From positions 211,112,001 to 211,176,000 of the forward strand of contig NC_058368.1 in assembly GCF_018350175.1 (NCBI RefSeq): a DNA stretch of 64,000 bases, given 5' to 3'. Below the pieces are notes generated by a model that was not told the DNA's origin, ran no database searches, and worked only from the letters and a program-made list of their open reading frames with translations. Positions 1-11,859 of the stretch are shown one piece after another. Every line of letters starts with the position of its first letter. Position 1 is the first letter of the stretch. The stretch is from Felis catus. Taxonomy: Eukaryota. The position numbers and the translations under genes are program-made.

Positions 1-155
1 TCAGCAATGAATTTAACAGAATTGAGGTTTATACAAAGAAATGCATTAAAATTTCTTTAATTCCGTTAAATTCTTTAGCGATGATTGTGGAGGCAATAAC
101 TGTGATAACTCATCTTCTTTGCTATAAGTTTTAACTTACTAAATATTTCAGTTAA

Positions 156-375
156 GGGGCGCCTGGGTGGCGCAGTCGGTTAAGCGTCCGACTTCAGCCA
201 GGTCACGATCTCGCGGTCCGTGAGTTCGAGCCCCGCGTCAGGCTCTGGGCTGATGGCTCAGAGCCTGGAGCCTGTTTCCGATTCTGTGTCTCCCTCTCTC
301 TCTGCCCCTCCCCCGTTCATGCTCTGTCTCTCTCTGTCCCAAAAATAAATAAACGTTGAAAATAAATAATAAAAA
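156..375 (+). mobile_element. Young felid Can-SINE (SINEC_Fc type)
   Basis: ggggcgcctgggtggcgcagtcggttaagcg tRNA-like head, (CT)n region, aataaa and A tail; perfect 15-bp TSD aaatatttcagttaa at 141-155 and 376-390. Confidence 0.97.
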
Positions 376-2002
376 AAATATTTCAGTTAAATAGTTAAAT
401 AGAATTGCCATAGGGTAATTTTCTATAGAAATTGACACGCATTCATTGGAAGTGTTGAATTTATCTAATCAAATCATCAATCTGTTCGTTTAACTCTTTG
501 CTTTTCAATAAAACTATTATTTGCGAGTGTTATACAGTATATGTTCAGATATTTCTTACAGTTGTATTAACTTCCAAATTCAAAACTATAAAGGAAAAAG
601 AGAACTATAGTTATAGTTGCGTTAGACTCTCGTCCTATTTAAGTTAGGAAGATTGCAGTGGAACATCAGTTAATTAAAGAAAGTTTGAAAAACATTTGAA
701 GTCTTTGAATATCCTCCAAATAGCTCAGGACCCTAGAAATAGCTTAACTTGAAAAAATTCATCTTTGAACCAGTAAGGTAATTTCCTCCTTTTTTGGACA
801 GTTTTGATGAAATATTCAGCAAAAAGTGAGAGTGAATATTTACCAGATGTGGATGTCTCCTGAAACCAAGTCATTCAAATATCAGAGCAGTGTGATGGCA
901 GCTGTTCGATCATCAGGGTGACTCTGCCACATTAGTCAGGGTTTGACTAGAAGAGTTTTATGTTTCTTTTAGCCAAGTTTTCTGATTTTACTTTTCAAAG
1001 GACATCACTGAAACCATAACACTATTCAGATCTGTGACTTTTAAAATTGTATTTGTTTCTGTGCGCAGTTTAAAATTCAAGGTACAAAAGACTGTTCGTT
1101 GAAAACTACTTCTCCTCTCTCCTATCTCACAGCCACCCATTGCCCTCATTGGCAATCGCTCTTTCTAGATAATTGTCAAAAATGGGCCAGGCCTGTATGA
1201 AAATGCACTATGAATATGAATGTGGGCTAGACGTCCTTTCTTTTAGTTATTTCATAGCTGTGATGCTGTGACTCTGTGAAGCTAGAGCCCACATTCAGTT
1301 GCTGACTTCCCAGTCCTACTAGCACTGATTCTGGATGGGTACTGGAGCTTCCTGTCTAATCTCAAGTATATTATTCAGTGTGGCTAGTGGAGAATGAACA
1401 GCAGTATTTTGGAAGAAGGGTTCGGGTGACAAGTATGGAGGAGGAAATGAAATTACATGAGAGGCCCATGTATGGGTATTGGTAGGCATGCACTTTCAAT
1501 GGCAATTTCATAAATCATCCAGATGGAGCCGTGAAGTGTCAGGGTGAGAGTCACCCCTCTGTGCCTTATTTTCACATCTCTACAGTCAGAACACCAAAAC
1601 ATACATTCAGCAGCTGCTGGGAGAATAAGACAAGATAAGTGTATGTATAACACTTGGGGCCAAGGAAGTACTCCGCTCATGGGAGTCGTTAGGCAAGAAT
1701 TCATGACTTAGTGGGGAAACCGACAAGTGTACAGTCAGTGAGGCAAAATTCCACGGACATGGACTCGGTGTTGAGTCTGAGCTTAGCATGACTTAATGAG
1801 CCTGTAAGGCCCTCAGGAACCCTTGTGTGTGCCATTGGGTCCAGCCATTTCCCTTCCTTCTTGCACTTCACCAGCAGACCAACGTGCTGCTTCTAGTTGA
1901 CGGCCCTTCTAAAAGAATTTGTCTTCTCCGAATACAAAAGCAGTATATTCCTTCTTTCTGCTGGATCTGCTTCAAAGTTGTGCCACGAGGAAGGATCCAT
2001 GG

Positions 2003-2120
2003 AAAGTTTGCTAAACTTCACTTGAGCCTCAGTCTCCTTATTTCCAAAAATGGAGATGATAATGCCTACATTCCAGGACTATTTCGAGGGTGGAGTACGA
2101 TAATGGATGCAAAACACCTC
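2003..2120 (+). mobile_element. MIR fragment
   Basis: gagcctcagtctccttatttccaaaaatggagatgataatgcctac resembles the MIR core. Confidence 0.7.
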
Positions 2121-3380
2121 ATCTATGCTTGGCCCTCAAAATGAGCTTGTGCCCTTCTCCCATGACCGCATATATTCGGATGGGTGGAGCGTATGTCACA
2201 CAGGGAAGAAAGGCTCGGGAATTGTAATAATTTGTTGATTTGGTGCCTTGTACCCCCAGCCTCAAACGGTGTACTTTCAGGGCCATTCTCCTAGCCAGAT
2301 GGCTAACTGGAGAACATGAGCCTTCGGAACCCAAATCTGATAAGTACTCGGGAAGACTCCTCAAGAGAGGCGAAGCTAAGAGATAAGCTAAATGTACCTT
2401 CTCCAGTTGCCCTACATTTGATGCCAGCAGGCAAATCAGAGCCCGTTGGGCGACGTGCAATTCTGAGAAGCGAGGAAAGTGAAGAAGCACTTGTTCTTCC
2501 TCTGGGAAAGCCAAGGCAAGTGGAAAAGCTCCGAAATCTATTGTCCCGTTGCAAGCACAATGAGGAAAGCTGGAGATGCGCTGCCAAAATCACGTGGCTG
2601 GTGAAAACACGGCTTCCTGCTCGTGGTAGAGAGCCTGGCTGATGACTCTCAGACTGGACAAAGGCCTCAATGGCCAGGGGCCACTCTGCAGGAACTGGGC
2701 CCCAGGCACCTCGGATTGAAAACCAACCTAACAAAGCGTGTCTGTTTCCACTTGTGAGAGATGAAATGATACGGGTTTTGTGGAAAGTCAGACGCTTACA
2801 AAAGCAAAATGCCTGCCTTCCTCCGGCCAGCCACATGGAAGAGCCACATGGAAGGGGCCTCAGACTCAGTGGCTGTGTGCTGCTGGCTCTGGGGACTGCT
2901 CTAGAAGGAACAATGAGGTTTAGAGGCTTGTTGTTATTCACTGTCTAATTCTTACTCTTTCCATTGATTTCAAATTCCTTCAACATAATTGTAACTTGTG
3001 GTATAAAAAGGAAACTTCCACTTGTGAACAAAGTCTCTAGTAAGAGTCCAATAACAAAAATCTACAGAAGACCAAAATAGTCTTTTGTAGTTACCAGCAG
3101 TGACCAGGGCTCCACATAGCCTGTGTTGTATTGTTAAGGTAAGAATCGATCATGTCCGGGGAATACTGTGAAATGTAACACATGATCAAAGTGTAGTAGC
3201 TTAAAAGGTGGTGGATTTCTTGTAAAATTGAAATCACATGTGGCAGCTTCGGGAGATCTTCAACTGGAACATAAGCGGTGCTTATGGATTCTCACCAAAG
3301 TTCTCAGGAAATGGAGTAAGAACTTGGCAAATACATGTCAGATGTAAAACCACTTCCCACAGTGGTATTTCATGGAGAAA

Positions 3381-3499
3381 TGGGTGGCTCAGTCAGTTAA
3401 GTGTCTGACTCTTGATTTTGGCTCAGGTCATGATCCCAGGGTCATGGGATTGACCCCCACAATGAGTGTGGAGCATGCTTAAGATTCTCTCTGTCTCTC

Positions 3500-3530
<31 letters not shown>

Positions 3531-3610
3531 GTCTCTTTCTCTTTCTCTCTCTGTCCCTCTCCCCCTCTTCTTCCACTCTAAAATAAAAATAAAAGTAAAT
3601 AAATAAGTAA
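3381..3610 (+). mobile_element. Older Can-SINE, slightly 5'-truncated
   Basis: tgggtggctcagtcagttaagtgtctgactcttgattttggctcaggtcatgatc head, CT-rich tract, AATAAA tail. Confidence 0.93.
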
Positions 3611-3822
3611 ACCAAAGTGGATATTGACTGGGACCTTTTCACTGGTACTCTTTTGGGAGCAATGAATTTCAAACAGGACATGATTATCATACAACGTGAT
3701 AGGTAACTCTGATTATCCAAGCAGCTAGGGCATTGTTCAGTGGCAAAGCATTAAGCTTCTCCAGGAATCTCTTCTGTGTAGGTAGACGGCTGCTATGGAG
3801 ACTGCCTTTTTGTGGGTGAATT

Positions 3823-3841
3823 TGCCCAGCAGATGGCAAAC
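3823..3841 (+). promoter_or_regulatory. Candidate CTCF-binding motif
   Basis: tgcccagcagatggcaaac fits the CCASYAGRKGGCR core; motif match only. Confidence 0.35.
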
Positions 3842-4951
3842 ATTCAGTGGGAGAGGAAGGATGGTACCCGTTATTGCTGATGATGGTTGAAAATGAAATT
3901 ACTTTAATGAATGTCGTACTTGGACTTGGTGACTCAGTCAGAGCCCTGTACATGAAGAGCTCAATCCTGAGGTCTCAAAGTTGAGATCTTGATCATAAAC
4001 TGCCTTTTTCCTCTCGGTTTTGACAGAAAATTTAAATTCTCTAAGGGATGTTTTAAAATGTTTTGAATTTATGAATGTTTTAAATGTTTTAAAAATATGA
4101 AAGGATCTTAATAGTGCCAACCCCAAGATAGCGATTCCCTGCCTTCTAGCTGATACCAATTTGTCATGTGTGAACTACATTCAACTACAAATTCCACCTT
4201 TAATTAACAATGGTCTCTATATCCTGGGCGATACTGTCACAAGAGGGATCGAGGCAGTTGCCCACAAGTGAAAATTTGTCCCAGAATATACGTTTTGTTA
4301 TGCAAAGTGGGAACAAAAATACCCAACGATGCACAGTTTTTCTAAGTTGTTCTCTTATATAACCACTTAGGCAACATAACTGTTGTGATTACCAAAGTCG
4401 TGTCATAATACATGTATACAAATTGATTTCATATCAGCGAACTTCACTGGGGAAAAAAAAGAAATCACTATTTCTGAAGACTATGACTTTGGTTTTTTTG
4501 TGGAAATATTCACTGCTAATATATTTGGTGTACAGGAAAGTGCAGTATTTTGATCTGAAAATCTGAAGCTGTTGTCTCAGTTCCAGCTGACCTTGTGACA
4601 TCATTTCATTTTTCTGAGTTTCATTTCCCAACAATTCCATGATTCTTTATAGACGGGGAGCTCAAAACTGGAAAGCATCAAAAGCTAAATGCAGTCAGAA
4701 GCCTATTTTCTCCTCATCTTCCTAACGTTCAGGGAGCATCCTTAACTTGACTAACAAACCTCCAAAGGTACGATGGTCAAATGATGGGCAAGTACACATT
4801 TTTTAAGCCTTTTCACATGATTATCAGGAATTGCTGCCCTAGCCAAAATCCTGACCGGCCAAGGAGTGTTCATGTAGAAGAACTTACTGTATCCTGCTTC
4901 ATGTGGACCTCAAATGTGAATAATGTTCGCATGTTCCTAATACATCTTAGA

Positions 4952-5178
4952 CTGGAATCGGCAAACTTCTTTTGTCAAGAGCTAGACAGTAAAATATTTT
5001 AGGACTTGTGAGCCACACAGCCGTTGTCACAGTTACTCAACTCTGCCCTTGTCAGACAAAAACAGACCCATGGCGAATGCATAAATGAAGGAGTGCGGCT
5101 GTGTTCCAACAAAACTTCATTATCAAAAATAGCCAACGGGTCAGATTTGGCCCCTGGCCTATATTTTGCTGACCCCTG
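4952..5178 (+). mobile_element. MER58A-like hAT-Charlie MITE
   Basis: Termini ctggaatcggcaaac ... tttgctgacccctg are degenerate inverted repeats; internal gtaaaatattttagg, actcaactctgcc and ggctgtgttccaacaaaact resemble MER58. Confidence 0.85.
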
Positions 5179-6458
5179 TTTTGGACCTTCTTAATACTGC
5201 AGTGTCCATCTGTTGTCATAACACAGATTCAATTTATACTAAATTCTGTCCAACTTATTAATATTTTAGTTAATGTCGTATAATACATTATGAACCCGTT
5301 CTCATACCATCCATGAATTTATCTGAATTTTTGTTTGATCTACTAAAATTTATACTATATCACATCATGAATCTGTTGTCATATCCTATGAGAATTTTTA
5401 AAAATCTTTGTTTATCCCATCAATATTTGGAGTCCATAACAAACACACCTTGAGGTAACAAGTATCTTAAGTTATCAAGTGGATGATGTAGTAAATCCTC
5501 TCCCCCTTCCTTAACTCTTTCTGATGTAAAGGGATTTTACATAATTACAGTATTGGGAATAAGTTTATTTATCCTATTCCTATCTTTCTTGATATTAACC
5601 ATATCCTGTGACAGCTTTTATCTTTGTAGACAGAATAGCTCTAATCTTCACGATTTGTGCTTAAATAGCCCCGTCTCCCTCATCTCCTAGATCATTATAT
5701 GCCTCCATCACTGAGTCTCTGTGGGCTCTCTGGGTCCTTGAAGTATAGGGACTAGACAGGGACAGAGTGTTCCAGGCTGGTCACATCATCTCTTCCTAAT
5801 GCTGCCCCGTTGTACCTTTTGACTGCAGCAAGCAAGAAACAAAGTAAAAATGTGAAAGTGGGGAAGAAATTGAGAAAGCCCAGAGGATTTTTGGAAGAGC
5901 AAAATGGACCACATGAAAAGGAAACATTGACTCTTGCGAAACGCTCTGAACTGGCTACTTAATGCATTGTGTAATTTCTTTAAATCTTAGTTGTAACCAC
6001 AATTAAGCTTTCTGGAGTGTTGAAAAATGAGAACAAAACTAATATCCTGGTTTGCCTAAGAATGATCCTGTAGTAATGTAGAGTGAAGAGCTCTGGTAAG
6101 AGTTTGTCTGTGATGGATACCAACCATGCAGAATTTACACAAGCCACACTTCTGTGAGATGAGAAAATTTGGGACATTAATTTAGCATACGGGGCTAAAT
6201 AGCTGTGAAGTGAGCTCTGCTGCCTAGACAGGACCACACTCCTAATCTGGGAAAATCTACCTTTGCGTTGAATTCTCTCCTCTGCCTTCCTAAGCCAGTG
6301 GGAAATGTTAACCTGAATTTAGTGAGATCAGTTATAGAGGGACTGTGTTGGCATTAAAAGTCCTGTGCAAAAGGACTTTATTTACACTTTCAAAACCTTT
6401 TTAAAACGTAATGTTATATGATAATCAATTATATGTATTCAAATTACAATTTTTCACA

Positions 6459-6692
6459 GGGTGCCTTGGTGGCTTAGTCGTTTAAGCATTCTACGCTTGA
6501 TCTCATCTTGGGTCATGATCTCCTGGTTCTGTTTGTGGGATTGAGTCCCGCGTTGGGCTCTACACTGACAGCTTGGAGGCTGCTTGCTATTCTCTTTCTC
6601 CCTCTTTCTCTGCCCCTCTCCTGCTCACACTCATGCTCTCTCTCTCTCTATCCCACTCTCTGTCAAAACAAATAAATAAAACTTTTAAAAAA
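6459..6692 (+). mobile_element. Diverged Can-SINE
   Basis: gggtgccttggtggcttagtcgtttaagc head, CT tract, aaataaataaa tail. Confidence 0.9.
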
Positions 6693-6749
6693 TGTATCAT
6701 AGTCATCGTTAGAAGTAATCCTGCAAAATTTATGAAACAAACATATCAA

Positions 6750-7170
6750 ACCACTTAGACACTATGCTAAGTGCCCGGGAAATAATAGTGAGCAGAATAG
6801 TCTCTTCCCATGTAGAGCTCATAGTATAATGAGGAAATAGATGTCAATCGAATTCATGTATGTTTGTAAGTATGGTAAGGACAACAGAGGAGAGGCATGT
6901 TATTTACTAAGGAAGTACCCCTGAGAAAGTGATGGTTGACCTTAGACCAAAATGGGAAGGAAGAGTTAATTCAGCAAAAGGAACAGCACGTCAAAAGGCA
7001 CCGAGGCAGGAGAGAGCGTGCCACATGTGTGGGAATAGAAAAAAACTCAGAGTAACAAAATATAAGAAAAAGCTGGAGAATGAGAGAGAGAGGCCAGGCC
7101 ACACAGGATCTTAAGGAGCAATAGGAAGCCTTTAAGGTGTTTGAAGAAGAGGGATAGCACGATCCTGCTG
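6750..7170 (-). mobile_element. L2 fragment
   Basis: agacactatgctaagtgcccgggaaataatagtgagcag ... gagctcatagtataatgagg; diverged antisense L2 3' region. Confidence 0.6.
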
Positions 7171-7248
7171 GTATTTTTAAAAACAAATAAACATTCAACT
7201 AGGGGAAAAATAGTTTAAGATTAATTTTTAATCTTTTTAAAAAATTAA

Positions 7249-7456
7249 GGGGCGCCTGGGTGGCGCAGTCGGTTAAGCGTCCGACTTCAGCCAGGTCACG
7301 ATCTCGCGGTCCGTGAGTTCGAGCCCCGCATCAGGCTCTGGGCTGATGGCTCAGAGCCTGGAGCCTGTTTCTGATTCTGTGTCTCCCTCTCTCTCTGCCC
7401 CTCCCCCGTTCATGCTCTGTCTCTCTCTGTCCCAAAAATAAATAAACGTTGGAAAA
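7249..7456 (+). mobile_element. Young felid Can-SINE (SINEC_Fc type)
   Basis: Near-identical to the 156-375 copy; TSD aaaaaattaa at 7239-7248 and 7457-7466. Confidence 0.97.
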
Positions 7457-7983
7457 AAAAAATTAAAACCATCTAGAAAGAAAATTACTCAGCCTACTGT
7501 ATGGAGAATATCGTGGAAACAAGAGCCAATGCCTATGCATTGCTTAGAGGTTAAGACACTTGGCAAGAAAGATGAATAAAAACAGTAACTTATATGATTT
7601 TTAAATTCTAGCCTGGAAGGTGGCCCAAGCCTTTGTACCATCAAACAGTTAAGATGTTCCTTCAGGAAATGTTTGGAAATGAATGTTTTACCACACAGTT
7701 TGACATCCATGAGTTTTAGTACTTTGGGATCTCAGGCACGTACTTCAGAGGATGAAAAAAGAGATTTAATTAGCTTCTGTTTACGAACTCACCAGCCATG
7801 ACTTTCCTTACTGTCCATGTGGTATTTCCGTCTCTAGGAATTACTTCTAGCAATAAGCCAACTAGTTGGTGTATCCTCCAAATCTGGTCAATTCTGAACT
7901 TTGGGTCTTAAGTACCTTATTGGTCTTTGACGATTTTTTTTATTTGCCTACCTCTTGACTTATTTTGCCCCAGAAGAAGAACC

Positions 7984-8251
7984 TTTTCCTTTTTTTTTTT
8001 AAGTTTATCTATTTTTGAGAGAGAGAAAGAGCATGAGCAGGGGAGAGGCACAGAGAGACAGAAGAGAGAGAGAGCATGTGCATTTGTGCAAGCAGGGGAG
8101 GGGCAGAGAGAGGGAGAGAGAGAATCCTAAGCAGGTACCATGCCCAGCACAGAGCCCAACTCAGGGCTTGATCTAGTGAGAACGATGAGATCATGACCTG
8201 AGCTGAAATCAAGAGTTGGACACTTAACCAACTGAACCACCAAGGCGCTCC
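7984..8251 (-). mobile_element. Can-SINE with duplicated 3' CT-region segment
   Basis: Poly-T, (GA)n and reverse-complement head; TSD cccag(a/g)agaagaacc at 7969-7983 and 8252-8266. Confidence 0.93.
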
Positions 8252-8360
8252 CCCAGGAGAAGAACCCTCTTAGATGAATCAGGTCTAAGAAAGTTTAATT
8301 TTCTTTGATACTTTAAGGAGGTGGAAGAAAGTAATTTTGCATAGGAATATAAATGTTTGT

Positions 8361-8608
8361 GGGATGCCTGGGTGGCTCAGTCAGTTAAGCCTCCAACTCT
8401 TGGTTTCAGCTTAGGTCATAATCTCACAGCTTCGTGGGTTCAAACCCCACATCAAGCTCTGCTCTGGCTGTGGAGAGCCTGCTTGGGATTCTCTCTCTCC
8501 CTCTCTCTCTGCCCCTTTCCCACTGGTGTGCATGCTCTCTCTCTCTCACTCTCTCTCTTTGTCTCTCTCTCCCTCTCTCAAAAATAAATAAATAAAAACT
8601 TTTTAAAA
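8361..8608 (+). mobile_element. Can-SINE
   Basis: gggatgcctgggtggctcagtcagttaagc head; degenerate TSD gaat(a/g)taaatgtttg on both sides. Confidence 0.93.
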
Positions 8609-8719
8609 AGAATGTAAATGTTTGCTGTTCAGCATATTATGGAATAGGTCCCTCAAGTTGGTGAAGGGTTAGAAAAATGAATTTTTATGTAGGCTCAAAA
8701 TTTTAATTACTTTTTTCTG

Positions 8720-9295
8720 GCATTGTGGAATGGAATAAAGAAAATGAATATCATCATAATGCCACCACCTAGAAAAAGATTACTGTTTACATATAATAAT
8801 TTTTTCCTCTCATTTAAAAAAAAACATTAGCAATATATATACATTGCCAAAACCTTTTTAAAATGTAATGTTACATGATAATCAATTATATGTATGTCAG
8901 TGATTTCTGAAAACATGTTTTTTAAGCCATCATGGCATTCCATCATAGCAATGTACTGATTTTGCCAATTTGATAAGTCTAAAAGAATGTTATTTTCATT
9001 TCTTTCATTACCAGGAATAATTTTTTCTTTCGTACATTTACCATTATTCATATTTCTTCTTGTATGGATTCCCTTTTATGGCCATTATCAAAATTTCTAT
9101 TTGTCTCCCAATATTCTCTTAATTTTTAAAAAATGAACTCTTTCTATTTTAAGGATATTGAATCTATTTTCTATAATAATATAAATATCTTACCCAATTT
9201 GGTCTTTGTCTTCTAATTCTATGTAAAGTATTTTTGATAAGCATAGATTTTTATGGCTTGAAGGCTATCAGTTTTTTCCTATGTGATTACTTATT
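8720..9295 (-). mobile_element. Ancient L1M (L1ME-like) fragments
   Basis: T-rich antisense L1-like sequence (tttgccaatttgataag, ccattattcatatttcttcttgtatggattccc); boundaries approximate. Confidence 0.55.
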
Positions 9296-9299
9296 AGCT

Positions 9300-9775
9300 G
9301 TTCATTCAACACATACTTGTTGAGGGTCATGTATTAGGCACTAAGCTACATCATGGGAGTAAACCAGAAAACAAGACAGAGATGGCTTTGTCTTTTCAGA
9401 GCTTATAGTCTAGTGAGGAAGTAAGACAAAAAACCAGGCCAGTTTAATATAACACAGTATAAGCTCTGTGAGAGGAAGTGTAGGGTAGCGTGAGTCCCAT
9501 AATCTGGACGTCAGGTTAAGAGAAGGCTTCTGGAAAGTAGCAACTTTCTAGCTGAGAATGAAGAGACAAGGCGATGTGAATTGGGGCAGAGGAAAGCAGT
9601 ATGTGCAAAGGTTCATGTTCAGTGACCTAAATGCTAAATATACCATGCGTACAACATGGAGTGTGTGTGCCAAGGGGGAGGAGGGGAGTGATGGACAAGA
9701 TATGAGCAGGAGCCCACTTGGGAGGCTGCTCTTTGCAGTAGCTCAGGAGAGAGATGATGGGCAAGGAAGGTGCTG
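9300..9775 (-). mobile_element. L2 fragment
   Basis: ttcattcaacacatacttgttgag (antisense L2 3' end), agagcttatagtctagtgagg, aggaaagcagtatgtgcaaagg. Confidence 0.7.
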
Positions 9776-10029
9776 ACCATATTCACTGGATAAACAATGC
9801 TTCAGTTATGTATTAAGTTCTTACGCGTATCCTACTGGCCACTGCAGAATAAGCTATTTAGTTTTATTGTCATATAAATGACAGTTCTTGGACCAACACC
9901 ACGCTGGTTTTGAGTTTTATGAAACATGTAAACTGGTAGGGCATATAAGTTCTCATCACTTTTCAGTTTCAAATTTAATGTCAGTGTGTCCTGGGTAAAC
10001 TCTAAAATGATTTTGGAAAGTTAGAAAAG

Positions 10030-10031
<2 letters not shown>

Positions 10032-10078
<47 letters not shown>

Positions 10079-10140
10079 ACACATGTATGTATGTATGTAT
10101 GTATGTATGTATATGCATGTGTACACACACATACACACAC
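10032..10140. repeat. Compound microsatellite (TG)21, (TATG)n, (CA)n
   Basis: Directly visible. Confidence 0.97.
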
Positions 10141-10144
10141 AATC

Positions 10145-10650
10145 TTCCATTGGTAACTGGAGAATGCATTAAATGTATAGGTCAGTTATGAAAGAACTGT
10201 CAATCTTTTTAATTGACTCAGCCCATCAAGAAGCATTGAACATCTCCCCACATACTTGAATTTTCTTTTATATTTCTTGTTAAAGTGTTACAGTTTTACT
10301 CATGTAGGTCCTATACATTTCATGTTAGGGTTATTCTTATATATCTTATACTTTTAGGCTCTCATTATTAATGGGTCTTTTTTTCCATATTTTCTCTCTG
10401 ATATTGCTCTCTGATAGGAAAAATACTAATGTACATATGATTTCTTTCTATCTATTTGACTCGTAATTAATTATAAGAATTTTTAGTTGATTATAAGAGT
10501 TTGTAATCATGGTGTCTATAAATGGTAATTTTCCTCCTTTCAATAGCTGCATCCAATTTTTATTTGATGTCTTGTAACATTGATTATAACTTCTATTAAA
10601 TAGTAATAGATAGTGAACATCCTGTCTTAGTATCAATTTTAACAAGAATG
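10145..10650 (-). mobile_element. Ancient L1M ORF2 fragment
   Basis: gaatgcattaaatgtataggtcagttatgaaagaactgtcaatc ... gtgaacatcctgtcttagt resemble antisense L1 ORF2. Confidence 0.65.
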
Positions 10651-10664
10651 CTTTTTATTTAACA

Positions 10665-10865
10665 TTTTTTAAAGTATATTCAATGAGAAATAATAAAATA
10701 AGCATGGGAAATGCTACAAATGAAATCTTCTCTCCCAGGGATTCATAACTTATATTCATATGTTAAGAGTCTGGGATCAGCAATAAAGAAACTAGTTCGA
10801 CTGAGTTGAACAAATATTTCTAAAATGTATTTGACCACAGAAATCTTTTTCTCTCATTTGGAAAG
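10665..10865. mobile_element. Possible hAT-Charlie (Charlie4z-like) fragment
   Basis: ttctctcccagggattcataac ... gtatttgaccacagaaatcttttt resembles the recalled consensus. Confidence 0.4.
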
Positions 10866-11859
10866 TTACACCAATTATAACAGTTAATATTAGATTAATT
10901 TGATCTTTTATTTTTCTATTTTTGGGGGCACCTTATCTCTTTGTTTTTAATCTACCTTTTGCCACATGGAAGATGGTTTGGTTTTGCTTTTATTTTTTCC
11001 AGTAAATTAGAAGGTAGTCATCCTCTTTTTATTTCTACAAGCTATTGCACTTAACGTTTTCCAAAACACTTTATCTGTATTTTATACTTAACCAGAGTCA
11101 TGGACATGACCGTCTACTTTTATAATCAAGTTCATAATGAAATGGCATGCTTGAATGGCCATATCAAAGATGAGACGTTTAATCCATTTTACTTCCTTTC
11201 AACCATTTTCTCAATATTTGTAAGAATAAAGTAACATTTTTTATTCAGGTTACTGTCAATCACATATTTTATATTACTTCTCTTTTGTGAATTATTTTAT
11301 CTATCCAGCCATGTAATCATATTTACAGTACATTTTTGCATAGTTATATGGTTATCTGGTTTTTGTGTACATAGTTTTTGGCCTTTATACCATAATTTTC
11401 TTATTTTTGATTCATTTTAATTATCTCTCAGGCAGCTCAAAAGTCATTGTAAGTAGAACAAGGAGATAATTTTTTTGAATCCTTTTATTTACTTAAACAA
11501 ATTTCTGTCTGCTTTCAACATAAATAGCAACTTTTCTGTGTATAAAATTCTTGCCTAACCATCTTTCTTGCTTTTTGCCTTTAGTCATGTGGTGGGAAAA
11601 TCTGAGATGATCCCTATTTTTATTTCTAAGTTAGTAATCTGTTTTTCTTCGTGGAAATGTTTAGGTTTTACTTTGCAATTCAAATACTTTGTCATAATGT
11701 ATCTAGGTGTAAGCTCTTTTTCTGAGTTTCATAGGCTTGCTGAATTATGTCAGTTACCAGAGTCAGATCTTCCATTTGCACTAGGAATTTTTCCTTTTCT
11801 TAAAGCTTCTTTTATGATTTTGAATATTTTTTTTCCTTTATTCTCTTTTTTTAAATATG

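Noticed and set aside
238..438. Recurrent ORFs such as GQRETEHERGRGRERGRHRIGNRLQALSHQPRA and SSPASGSGLMAQSLEP (also at about 32.7k, 44k, 47.4k, 48.7k and 61.8k)
   Set aside because: They are translations of Can-SINE copies, not a gene family.
3362..3701. Possible SINE-interrupted exon (VFHGE/TKVDIDWDLFTGTLLGAMNFKQDMIIIQRD followed by gtaact)
   Set aside because: No recognisable homology, and it requires removing a SINE without a clear TSD; chance is likely.
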